Shown here piece after piece: positions 11,020-23,100 of a stretch of DNA of 64,000 nt. Position 1 is the stretch's first letter; the number at the start of each line of letters is the position of its first letter. The stretch comes from Heterodontus francisci (lineage: Eukaryota), in contig NC_090399.1 in assembly GCF_036365525.1 (NCBI RefSeq), positions 46,532,430 to 46,596,429 on the forward strand, in the 5' to 3' direction. Under the pieces are notes generated by a model that was not told where the DNA came from, did not search any database, and worked only from the letters and a program-made list of their open reading frames with translations. A program made the position numbers and the translations under genes.

Positions 11020-13775
11020 ATCTGATAGCTGTTACAGATACATGGCTGCAGGATGACATAGTTTGGGACCTGAATATTGAAGGGTACATGACATTTAGGA
11101 AGGACAGGAAGCTAGGAAAAGGAGGAGGGGTGTCTGTGTTAATTAATGATGGTATTAGCACAATAGAAAGGGATGGCCTAAGTTCAGGAAACCAGGATGT
11201 AGAAACTGTTTTGGTCGAGATGAGAAATGATAAAGCTAAGAAGTCATTTGTGGGAGTGGTGTATAGTCCCCCTGATAGTAACCACATGGTAGGACAGGAG
11301 ATAAAGGAAGAAAAAATGGGTACTTGTCAGAAAGGTACAGTGATATTCATGGAGAATTTTAATCTACATATGGACTGAAAAAAATCAAATGGGCAAAGGT
11401 AGCCTAAATGAGGAGTTCATCGAATTTTTTCAGGATAGCTTCTTCGAACAGCACATTATGGAGTCAATGAAGAACAGACTCTACTAGACCTGGTATTGTG
11501 CAATGAGAAAGGATTAATTAATTAACTCATAGTGATGGCACTCTAAGCAGCAGCGATCATAATATGGATCAATTTTACATTCAGTTTGAGGTAGAGAAGA
11601 ATGAGTCTAAGACTAGTATTTTAAACTTAAATAAGGGCAATTATGAGGGCATGAAAGCAGAGCTAGCAAAAGTGAACTTGCAAAAAAGGTTAGGGAATAG
11701 GTCGATAGAGTTGCAGTGGTAGAAATTTGAGGGGATATTTCAGAATACACATAACAGTCACATTCCAATGAGAAAGAAAAATTCCAAGGGGATGACCCAC
11801 CATCCGTGGGTAACTAAAAAAGTTAAGGATAGTATCCAAGGTAAAGAAAAAACATATAATTGCGCAAAGATGGGTGGCAGGTCAGAAGATTGGACAGAGT
11901 ATAAAAAGCAGAAATAATGCTTAAAAGATTAATAAGGGAGTAAAAATTAGAGTACGAGAGAAAGCTGGTGAGAAATATAAAGACAGATAGTAAGAGTTTC
12001 TATAGATATTTAAAGAAGAAGAGTTCACAAAATGACAATTGGTCTTATAGAAAGTGAGCGTGGTGAATTAGTGAGGGAAAATAAGGAGATGGCAGATGAA
12101 TTGAACAGATATTTTCCATCAGTCTTCACCATAGAGCATAGAAGTAGCATCGCAGAAATAGCTGTAGATCATGAAATGGAAGGGAGGGAGGAACTGAAGA
12201 AAATTACAGTCACCAGGGAAGTGGTACTGAGCAAATTATTGGAGCTGTGGGCTGACAAGTCCCCGGGTCCTGAAGGACTTCATGCTAGGGTTTTAAGGGA
12301 AATGGCTAGTGAGATAGTTGATGTGTTAGTTTTGATTTTCCAAAATCCCCTAGATTCGGAGAAGGTTACATTAGATTGGAAAATAGCCACTGTAACTCCT
12401 TTATTTAAAAAAGGAGGGAGACAGAAAGCAGGAAACTACAGGCTGGTTAGCTTAACATCTGTCATAGGGAAAATGTTAGAAGCTAGTGTTAAAGGTGTTA
12501 TAGCAGGGCATTTAGAAAAATTCAAGGTAATTGGGCAGAGTCAACATGGTTTTGTGAAAGGGAAATCATGTTTAACCAATTTATTGAAATTCTTTGAAGA
12601 AGTATCATGTAATGTGAATAAAGGGAAACCAGTGGATGTACTGTACTTAGATCTCCAGAAGGCATTTGATAAGGTGCCACATCAAAGGTTATTGCGGAAA
12701 ATAAAAACTCATGGTGCAGGGGGTAACATTTTGTCATGGATAAAAGATTGAATAGCTAACAGGAAACAGAGAATAGGCATAAATGAGTCATTTTCTGGTT
12801 GGCAAGGAATTGAATGAAGAGGCTGATGGTATGGTTGCTAAATTTGCTGAGGACACACAGATGGGTAGAAATGTAAGTTGTAAACAGGACATAAGGAGGC
12901 AACAAAGGGATATAGATAGGATAAGTGAGTGGGCAAAGATCTGGCAAATGGAGTGTAATGTGGGAAAATGAGAAGTTATCCATTTTGGCAGGAAGAATAA
13001 AAAAGAAGCATATTATCTAAATGGTAAGAGATTGCAAAGCTCTGAGATGCAGAGGAATCTGGGCCTATTAGTGAATGAACTGCCAAAGGTTAGTATGCAG
13101 GTACAGTAAGTAATTCGAAATGCTAATAGAATGTTATCATTTATTGCGAGGGGAATGGAATACAAAAGTAGGGAGGTTATGCTTCAGTTATACAGAGTAT
13201 CGGTGAGACCACATCTGGAGTGCTGTGTGCAGTATTGGTCTCATTATTTAAGGAAGGATGTTAATGCTTTGGACGCAGTTCAGAGAATGTTTACTAGACT
13301 AATACCTGGAATGGGTGGATTGTCTTAAGAAGGGAAAGGTTGGACAGACTGGGCTTATACCTACTGGAGTTTAGAAGAGTAAGAGGTGACTTGTTTGAAA
13401 CATATAAGATTCTGAGCAATCTTGACAGGGTGGATGTGGAAAGGATGTTTCAACTTGTGGGAGAATCTAGAACTAGGAGTCAGTGTTTAAAAATAAGGGG
13501 TTGCCCATTTAAGAAGAGACGAGGAGAAATTATTTCTCTCAGAGGGTAGCTAGTCTTTGGAATTCTCTTCCTCAAAAGGTGGTGGAAGCAGAGTCTTTGA
13601 ATATTTTTAAGGCAGAGGTGGATAGATTCTTGATAAGCAAGGGGGTGAAAAGTTATTGGGGGTAGGTGGGAATGTGGAGGTGAGGTTACAATCAGATCAG
13701 CCATGATCTTATTGAATGGTGGAGCAGACTCGAGGGGCCGAGTGGCCTACCCCTGCTCCTAATTCGTATGTTTGT
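11020..13775 (+). mobile_element. CR1-clade LINE ORF2 (APE endonuclease + RT), decayed
   Basis: [56 protein letters not shown]1 3' UTR. Confidence 0.95.
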
Positions 13776-14229
13776 ATATTCATCCCATTTTTGCTTCTCA
13801 TCTCTAACCAAATGGATTCTGTCCTTGCCCCCTCAAGGACATCTCTTTCCAATACTACAATATCTTCCCTAATCAGTGCTGTCACCCATCTGCTATTTAT
13901 TTTTCCCTATCTTTTCTGAAGAGTTTGTATCTCTGAATAATAAATGCCAAGCGTCACCATTTTAAAGCCACTTTTCTGTAATTGCCGCTACATCATTTCC
14001 CACACGGCTATTTCTGCTTATTCACCACACCCTGTGCATTTACATTTTTGCATTTTAAACCTGCCCTTGTATTCCTCATAGTCCTTTTCACTCTGCTGAT
14101 CTCAAATATGATACAACTTCCTTCTCTAGTACTATCCAAAACTCTCACTCCTTTATGCAAATTATTCCTCTTTTCTATTTCTATATGCTGATGCCCACCC
14201 CCTGACAATTTAGCATAAACCCTCCGCAA

Positions 14230-15370
14230 GATGGTAGAGGTAAAAGATAGGGTGGAAAGTGATAGGAAGAATGTACTGGAAAGGCTGGCAGTGTTTAGAA
14301 TGGATTAGTCACCTGGTCTGGCTGGCTTGCTAATGGACGCGAGAGTGGAGATAGCGGAAGGGCTTGCCATAATCTTCCAATCTTCTCTATATGCAGTGGA
14401 GGTGCCAGTGGATTAGAAAGTGGCAAATGTGATGCCCTTATTCTAGAAAGGGCATAAAGTCACTTTAACATCAATGGTGGGTAGGGTTCTAGAAAATAGT
14501 GAGCCACTTGTAGAGGTTTGAATTAGTTAAGGAAAGCCTGCATGGATTTTCAAAAGGCAGATTGTGCTTGACTAATGTGCATAAAGCAGAATGGGCAGAC
14601 AAGTCAGTGACGGATGGAATTTAATGCAGAGAAGTGTGAGGTGATGCATTTTGGCAGAAGGAATAGGGAGAGGCAAATATATACTGAATGGCACCATTCT
14701 AAAGAGGAACAGAGGGGCCTGAGGGTGCAGGTGCATTGATCTTTGAAAATGGTAGGACATATTGAGAGAGTAGTTAATAAAGCATATGGGATCTTGGGCT
14801 TCATAAATGGAAACATTGAGTATAAAAGCAGGGAAGTTGTGCTGAATCTTTCTCAAGCTCTTGTTAGTCTACAACGAGTGTATTGTGTTCAGTTTTGGCC
14901 ACCACACTTTCGGAAGGTTCCGTGAGAAGGTAGAATGGTTCCAGGGATGAGGGATTTTTGCTGCAAGATTATGTTGGAGAAGCTCGGGTTGCTGTTGGAG
15001 TAAAGGAGATTGAGGGGAAATTTGACAGAGGGTTTCAAGATTTTGGCAGGTTTGGAAAGGTGGACAGAGAAAAGCTGTTCCTATTAACTAAAGGTACAAA
15101 GATTGGGAAACACAGATTGAAGGCTTTGGGCAAGAGACGCAGGGGGATTATGAGGAAGAAATTTATATGCAACAAGTGGTAATGACCTGGAACTCGCTCC
15201 CTACAAGTGTGGTGTAAGTGGAGATTTCAAAGGGAAATTGGATGGGCACTCGAGGGAAATAAATTTGCAGAGCTACAGGGATAGAGTGGGGGAGTGGGAT
15301 TGGCTGGACTGCTCAGGGAGATCTGGCATGGACCAATGGGCTGAATGGCCTCCTTCTGTGCCATACTGAC
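14230..15370 (+). mobile_element. CR1-clade LINE fragment with internal deletions
   Basis: KAYGILGFI, YCVQFWPPHF, 3' UTR GGGCTGAATGGCCTCCTTCTGTG. Confidence 0.85.
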
Positions 15371-15474
15371 TACATGTCTCCCTGGTGTTTTGGAGTTCGT
15401 GCCCTGATGTCTCACGATGTGGGTTTAGTATTTGGAGGTTCAAGCCCTGGTGTCTCTCTCTCTCCCTGTTTCAG

Positions 15475-15735
15475 GCTCTCACTCTCTCCAGGGTTTCCTC
15501 ACATTCATAACTTCGATTCCCAATCTCCCGGAGTTTCTGGTGGTTGTTTGTCTTGATGAGATGCAGGTGGTTATGTATGACAGTGATCGTATGATGTTGA
15601 TCCCCCGGGATCAGTGGATGATGGAGATTTTGGAACTCATATCCATAGAGCAGCAAACACAGTTCATGTTAAATGTGTATCAGTCTATGAAAGTCAGTAT
15701 TACAGACATCATGTCCCTGAACAACCAGACGAGTG
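15475..15735 (+). CDS. MHC class I-like exon 2, alpha1 domain
   Basis: Polypyrimidine TTTCAG acceptor, G|GTGAG donor, 261 nt phase 1-1; GSHSL..PEF..LD..YDSD..IPR..WM..NQTSG with the N86 glycosylation site. Confidence 0.93.
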
Positions 15736-15834
15736 GTGAGTTTAACAGCGGGGCTGGCAAGGTGGGTGCAGGTAGCAGTGGAGCAGTGTCTGTGTCCCTA
15801 GGATCGAGCTCTGTCCAGCTGTATGCCTGAGGGT

Positions 15835-16330
15835 GCTGGTGGTGGAGCTCCGTGCAGCTGGAGATCTGTGTGCGTCTGTGGTGGAGATCTGTGCAGCTGG
15901 AGATCTGTGTGCGTCTGTGGTGGAGCTCTTTCCCAGCTGGAGATCTGTGTGCATCTGTGGTGGAGCTCTGTCCCAGCTGGAGATCTGTGTGCGTCTGTGG
16001 TGGAGCTCTGTGCAGCTGGAGATCTGTGTGCGTCTGTGGTGGAGCTCTGTGCAGCTGGAGATCTGTGTGCGTCTGTGGTGGAGCTCTTTCCCAGCTGGAG
16101 ATCTGTGTGCATCTGTGGTGGAGCTCTGTCCCAGCTGGACATCTGTGTGTGTCTGTGGTAGAGCTCTGTCCGAGCTGGAGATCTGTGTGTGTCTGTGGTA
16201 GAGCTCTGTCCGAGCTGGAGATCTGTGTGTGTCTGTGGTGGAGCTTTGTACACTGCAGGGGGCTGGGGAAGAGTTGCAGCTCTCTGTCCCGTGGCATGTA
16301 GCTCTTTATCCCTGGTGGAGATCTGAGCCC
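15835..16330. repeat. 39-40-bp minisatellite (GGAGATCTGTGTGCGTCTGTGGTGGAGCTCTGTGCAGCT)n
   Basis: Tandem periodicity, about 11 units. Confidence 0.95.
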
Positions 16331-16394
16331 TGGGGTAAAGAGATCTCAGCTTTCCTGGAGTTAGAGCACTGTGTAGCTGGGGTGGAGAGAGCTT

Positions 16395-16740
16395 TGTGTT
16401 TCTCTATTATCCCCATGACCCTCTGTTCCTCGCCGTGTCACTCACTTCTCCCGTGTCTCTCTATTCTCCATTCTGTTTCTCCCTATTCTCCCCGCCGTCT
16501 CCTTATTCTCCTGTGTCTCTCTGTTCTGCCCCGCATCTCCCTTTTTTCCTGTGTCTCTCTGTTCCCTCGTGTCTTTCTATTTCCCCTATGTCTCTCCATT
16601 CACCCCTCATTTCCCTCCATACCCCCATGTCTGTCCAATCTCCCCATGACTTTCTTTTCTCCCCTATCACTCTCCTCCCCCCGTGTTGCTGTGTTTCCCC
16701 ACTGTCTCTCTGTTTCCCCAATGTTCATGCATTCCCCCAT
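16395..16740. repeat. CT-rich degenerate minisatellite (TGTCTCTCTATTCCCC-like), left part
   Basis: Same motif resumes at 28165-28955 on the far side of an LTR element. Confidence 0.85.
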
Positions 16741-17071
16741 CATAAGAAATGGTTGTTTTATGCCCCCTTCTAAGGTGGCAACATATTTGGCAGCTCAAAG
16801 CCTGTTATGAATTGACTTTCTTGAGATTAAGGTAAGGACAAGTTTATTACATTTTCAGATAACCTATTAGTCACCAGCTCAGGCACTGATTAACAGTTTA
16901 ACACAGAATTGACCCATATTACAGACTGGATAGTAGAGCGTACAATTAGTTTCTCTTGTATTATGGTCTTCAAGATTCTTTCCTCTGCTTCTCTCTCTTT
17001 CTTGTATTTTCTCTTGTCTTTGTTGTTCAAACATTCTCTGCTATACAGGAACAAATTTGAGCTTCTTTTAT

Positions 17072-17402
17072 TCAGTTCAGTTATACAGCACTGAAACAGG
17101 CCCTTCGGCCCACCGAGTCTGTGGCGACCATCAACCACCCATTTATACTAATCCAACACTAATCCCATATTCCTACCACATCCCCACCTGTCCCTACCAC
17201 CTACCTATACTAGGGGCAATTTATAATGGCCAATTTACCTACCAACCTGCAAGTCTTTTGGCTTGTGAGAGGAAACCGGAGCACCCGGAGAAAACCCACG
17301 CAGACACAGGGAGAACTTGCAAACTCCATACAGGCAGTACCCAGAATTGAACCCGGGTCGCTGGAGCTGTGAGGCTGCGGTGCTAACCACTGCGCCACTG
17401 TG
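17072..17402 (-). mobile_element. HE1-type V-SINE inserted in the left LTR
   Basis: tRNA-like head, V-domain core, CR1-like tail; CTTTTAT duplicated on both sides; the empty site is visible in the right LTR. Confidence 0.92.
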
Positions 17403-18424
17403 CTTTTATCCTGAATGCTTTCCAATTAACCCTCCTTTCCTCAATCAGTGATAGGCCTGGTATTAAAGAATGCCTTTTTTAAATAACCAAGGATCATTTT
17501 GTTGTTGTTGTTCACCCTTCTGATTTATATAGGTAATACCCCTTTGTGTTGAATATTTTATCTCAATGCTTTTACATTTCGTGGTCCATTATCACATTAT
17601 GAGACAAATCTATATTTTGTTCTCACTGAGGCTGCTTTCATTGTCCGTCCTCAAGGTCTCATCTTTTAACTGCAAGTAAACATTTTAAAACTTGACATAA
17701 TTTCCCAGAATCCCTCTACCTTGACATCTTGTCTATACTGTGCCCTATTTACTAAGTTTTTCCACTTTATCCATACCACAAAGAAGAGTTCGAACAAAGC
17801 TAAATGTTAGTTAATGATAATAAGTCAGTTGTTAGTTTATAATAGCTAGATTTTAACAATGAATATTGTTGTTAGTACTTTTTTAATAACCTAATAATCT
17901 TACAGCTCCTTTGGTTAAAGGGAAGACATCCTTATTGATTACTCATTAACTATTTTACTATTTTCTAGAAAAGCCACGAGCTCTATGCTTCGTGTCTTAT
18001 AGCATAGTTGTTGCACGAGCCACCTCAAATAGCAAAGCACACAGAGTCCTGCTATTAATTCTATGGCCTCTGTTAGTATCGTAATCATGGACAGTATCTG
18101 GAGCCATGGGTGTTGGTCTACATTATATACAGTCTCCCACCATTGCTGGTCACCTAGCAATTGTATTTCCTGCATTCTACAGTCATTGTTCTGCATCATT
18201 TTTAGTGAGTGTTTCTGTGAGGTGGTGGCCTTTTCTATTCCAGGCTGCAGTGCCGACTGCTGTACTAATAGCCAACCATTCTATATTCTTCATTCTGACC
18301 CACCTAATCATGGTGGCAACATCCCTGGCCCAATCACATTGGTCACAAAAAGTGTCATATCACATTCATTACAATAAGGTATGCTACATCCTGCACAAGG
18401 ACACAATGCTTCCATAATGCATGG

Positions 18425-19235
18425 ATTGCACATTGTTCAGCACCATTCATGACTCCTCAGATACTGAAACAGTCCGTGGAGAAATGCAGCACGACCTGGA
18501 CAATATCCAGGCTTGGGCTGATAAGTGGTAAGTAACATTCGAGCTGCACAAGTGCCAGGCAATGACCACGTCCAACAAGAGAGAATCTAACCATCTCCCT
18601 TGTCATTCAATGGCATTACCATCACTGAATCCCCCACTATCAACATCCTAGGGGCTACCATTGACCAGAAACTGAACTGGAGTAGCCATATAAATACCAT
18701 GGCTACAATAGCAGGTCAGAGGCTAGCAATCCTGCGGCGAGTAACTCACCTCCTGACTCCTCAAAGCCTGTCCACCATCTACAAGGCACAAGTCAGGAGC
18801 GTGATGGAATACTATCCAGTTGCCTGGATGGGTGCAGCTCCAACAACAATCAAGAAGCTCGACATCATCCAGCACAAAGCAGCCTGCTAGACTGGCACCC
18901 CATCCACCACCTTCAACATTCACTCCCTCCACCACCGACGCACAGTGGCAGCAGTGTGTACCATCTACAAGATGCACTGCAGCAACGCACCAAGGCTCCT
19001 TAGACAGCATCTTCCAAACCCGCAACCTCTACCAACTAGAAGGACAAGGGCAGCAAATGCATGGGAACACCACCACCTGCAAGTTCCCCTCCAAGTCACA
19101 CACCATCCTGACTTGGAACTATATCACCATTCGTTGGGTCAAAATCCTGGAACTCCCTTCCTAACAGCACTGTGGGTATACCTACCTCACATGGACTGCA
19201 GCGGTTCACATCCCATGAATGAATAAAAAAAAAAC
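18425..19235 (+). mobile_element. CR1/L2-group LINE 3' fragment (second family)
   Basis: INILGATIDQKLNW, IYKAQVRSVMEY, tail CACATCCCATGAATGAATAAAA. Confidence 0.85.
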
Positions 19236-20189
19236 TTAAGAGGTTATCCAGCTCTCTCTTTACCTGTATCCATCTTATGGATAGTTCATGCTAAGTATTA
19301 TTTTCCTAGCCTTTCAACTGTCTCTCTGAACTTTACTTTTGGTCCCTCTGACCATTACCAGTGTGTTTAATTTATCCTGATTATTTTAAAGACATTTTCT
19401 CTATGCAGTATGTGTCAATGCCTTGATAATTTAAAATATTGTCTCAGTCTACTGGCCATGTCATGCCATGCTGTTTGTCAAGTTGCTGCACATGTCTGAG
19501 ACCCATTCTTCAATGCATTGCACCATGCATTTTGCATGTTAGTTGCTTCACAAATTACTTTTGCACATTTACACCAGTATCCCAACATCGACTCACAGGT
19601 GATTCTATCCCCAAAAGATCAAAAAAAGGGAGAGGGATCTGTCTGAGATCTTTGCTTATGTCCCCTGCATGGTCCCGATGCCTCAGGTAATGGCTAGACT
19701 ATCAAATGCAGCTCTCTTTGAAAAACATTCATCGGCAATTGTACAAATATCTCCAAGAGAAAGCTATCAAATTCCCTACACTTTCCTGACATTCACTGGA
19801 AATTTCTGTACTTGGAAATTCTACACTGTGTTCATTTAACAGTTTGAATTCTAATTTCACCATTGTTTGCCCCCAAAATGTACTGATTAGCTCTTGCATT
19901 AGCCAGAACTAATTACCAATTTCCATTAAATTACAATTGTATTTCTTTAACGAGCTCGGGGTAAAATTTAATGTTCAATCTTCTCATAATATCTTTAAAA
20001 CGGAAATCAAACATTCCCATTTGATTCCAGGCATTTTGTTTGTTTTTTTTTATACGTTAGATGACATTTTAGTTTCTTCAAAGTAACTTGTTAAATTACA
20101 GTGGACTTTTTGCATCTCAAAGTTATCCCAAATTCAAATCGCAGTGTTGCTGGGGTTACAGGTTTTATTAATGTTACAATGATTACATG

Positions 20190-23100
20190 AGAGTCAGAGA
20201 GGTGGCTGACCTGTTTGGAAGCAGACTGGAGTGGGAGGATAGAAATCGGGACCGAAGCCCGAGGCCCACACTTACCTGGGAATTGGAAAGGCATCAGTCA
20301 GGCCTGTGAGGAAGCAGACCAGAGCGGGGGACTATAAATTGGGGCTGAGGCTTGAAGCCTACATTTACCTGGGAGTCAGAGAGGCATTGGACCTGCGAGG
20401 AAACAGCCTGGAGTGGGGGGTTATAAATCAGGACCAAGGCTTGAGGCCCACACTTAACAGGGAGCTGGAGAGGTACACATTGGGAGCTCCTTAGAATCAG
20501 CGCACGCTGAGTTTGAAAAAAATATGTGACCTCACAGCAAAGTCGTAAGCTGATTGGTTGGTGAGTATCTAGTGTTAGTGCCTGTTTGTAAAGAGCTTGA
20601 CACATTCACTACTTTTAAGAAAAGTGGGTTAATAATTCGATTGTAAACAAAAAGGTAGAAGTAAAGTAAAAGCTTTTACTTTTGAACTCTTTCTTAGACA
20701 CAGATGGAACTGATTGGTAAATAATTTTACTTGCTTCTATCTCGTCTCCAGTTTAAAGTAAATAAGCTGAAAGTAAACTTAAAGCACGGCAGGACAGCTC
20801 GGCTGCATGGAATGCCCATCCTGTGGCATGTGGGGAGTCGGGGATGCTTCACAATCACAGGTGCAGGAAGTGCCTCCAGCTGCAAAAATTTGAACTCTGC
20901 GTTTTGGAACTCGAGCGGAGGTTGGAGTCACTGTGGTGCATCTGCAAATCTGAGAACTACATGGATAGGATGTTTAACAACAAAGTGGTCACACCACAGA
21001 TTAAGAGCGTGCAGGCAGAGAGGGAATGGGTGACCGCTAGGTAGTCTAGAAAGACCAGGTAGGTAGTGCAGGGGTCCTCTGAATCTATCTCACTCACGAA
21101 CCTGTTTTCCATTTTGGATACTGATGAAGAGTGATGGTTCGTCAGAGGAATGTAGCAAGAGTCAGGTTTGTGGCACCACAAGTGGCTCAGCTGCACAGGT
21201 CAGGGGGAGAAAGAGTGGAAGGGCAATAGTGGTAGGTGATCCGACAGTTAGGGGAACAGACAGGCTTTTCTGTGGCTGTAGACGTGACTCCAGGATGGTA
21301 TATTGCCTTCCTTCTACCAGGGTCAAAGATGACATTGAACAGCTGCAGGACATTTTTTCAGGGGAGGGTGAACAGCCAGAAATCTTGGTCCACCTTGGCA
21401 CAAATGACATAGGTAGAAAGAGGGATGAGGTCCTGAAAGCAGAATTTAGGGTGCAAGGAAGGAGATTGGAAAGCAGGACACCTAAGGCAGTAATCTCAGG
21501 ATTACTTCCAGTACCATATGCTAGTGAGTACTGAAATAGGAAGATTGAGCGAATGAACATATGGTTGTAAAATGTGTAGGCTTTAGATTCCTGGGGCATG
21601 TGGGAACTGTACAAGATGGACAGGTTACACCTTCACAGGACCGGGACATATATCCTCACGGGGAGATTTTCTAGTGCTGTTGGGGAAGGTTTAAACTAGC
21701 TTGTCATTGGGTTAGGAACCAGTGAGGGAACTCAGATAGGAGAAAAACAAAGCTGGTTATGGGAATTTGAAAAGCTGTGAATGAAAGTGGAAAGCAGAAA
21801 CAAATGCTAAAACCAACCCGGGTCAAAATACAGAATGATGTTAAAAAGGCAGAATTAAAGGCACTCTACCTGAATTCATGTTGCTTTTGCAACAAGCTAG
21901 GTGAGTTAATGGCAAAAGTAGAAGTAAACGGGTATGATTTAATTATCATTACGGAGATGTGGCTGTACGGTGACCAAGATTGGGAACTGAGTATTAAAGG
22001 ATATTTGACATTTAGGAAGGACAGGCAAAAGGAAGAGGAGGTGGGAGAGTGCTGATAATAAGAGATGGGATCAGTGCATTAGCGAGAGAGGATCTTTGCT
22101 CAGAAGAACGGGATGTAGAATCTGTTTGGGTGAATCTAAGAAACAGCAAGGGGCAACAATTGTTTATAGAAGTGATTTACAGGCCATGAAATAGTAATAA
22201 TATAGGGCTTGGTATAAATCAGAAAATTCGAAGTGCATGTAGCAAGGGTAATGCAGTAATCACGGGTGACGTCAATCTACATATAGACTGGGTACATCTA
22301 ATGAGCACCAATGCTGTTGAAGAAGAATTCCTGGAATGTGCCCGAGATGGTTTTCTGGAGCAATATGTTGAGGAACGAACTAGGGAACAGGGTATTTTGG
22401 ATCTAGTATAATGCAATAAGCAGGGGCTTATTAATAATCTGGTGGTAAATGAATCTTTAGGGAAAAGAGAATTAAAGAATTTTCCATGAGGTTTGAAAAA
22501 GATGTGGATATTAAATCTAAACAAGGGAAATTATGAAGGTATGAGGAGGATAGTTGGCCGTGGTGGATTGGAAAAATACATTAAACGTTTTACAGTAGAT
22601 AGGCAATGGCTAGTATTTAAATAATTAATGCATGGTTGACAAAAATGTACATTCCTTTAAGGCAAAAGAACCCAATAGGGAAAGCGAGTCAGCTGTGGCT
22701 AACAAAGGAAGTTAAAGATAAATCAAAGGGGAGGCTTAGAATGTTGCCAAAAGATCATTAGACGGGGGATTGGGAGAATTTCAGAATCCAGCAAAAACGA
22801 CCAAGAAATTGATAAAGAAAGAGAAAATAGAATATGAATGTAAACTAGCAAGAAATATAAATATGGATTGTAAAAGCTTCTATAGGTATGTAAAAAGGAA
22901 AAAATTAGCAAGGACAAATGTGAGTCCATTACAGGCAGAGACAGGAGAATTTATAATGGGAAATAGAGAAATGGCAGAGAAACTAAATAATTACTTTGTG
23001 TATGTCTTCACGGTAGAAGATATAGGAAGTCGCCCTGAAATAATTGAGATCCAGGGGTCTAATGAGAATGAGGAACTGAAAGAAATTAGGATTAGTAAAA

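Larger units (their letters stand above)
7962..14225 (-). mobile_element. CR1-clade LINE ORF2 remnant split by a solo LTR (9208-10260) and a plus-strand CR1 (~11020-13775)
   Basis: SKFADDTKL and QHRFAKGRACLTNLFEFF; the endonuclease-region sequence interrupted near 11020 resumes near 13780. Confidence 0.85.

Noticed and set aside
15432-15830. 132-aa ORF as a single-exon gene
   Set aside because: Only 15475-15735 is MHC-like and it is bounded by splice sites; the rest is intron
16229-16810. Hydrophobic Pro/Ser/Leu ORFs here and at 28244-28957
   Set aside because: Translations of CT-rich low-complexity repeat
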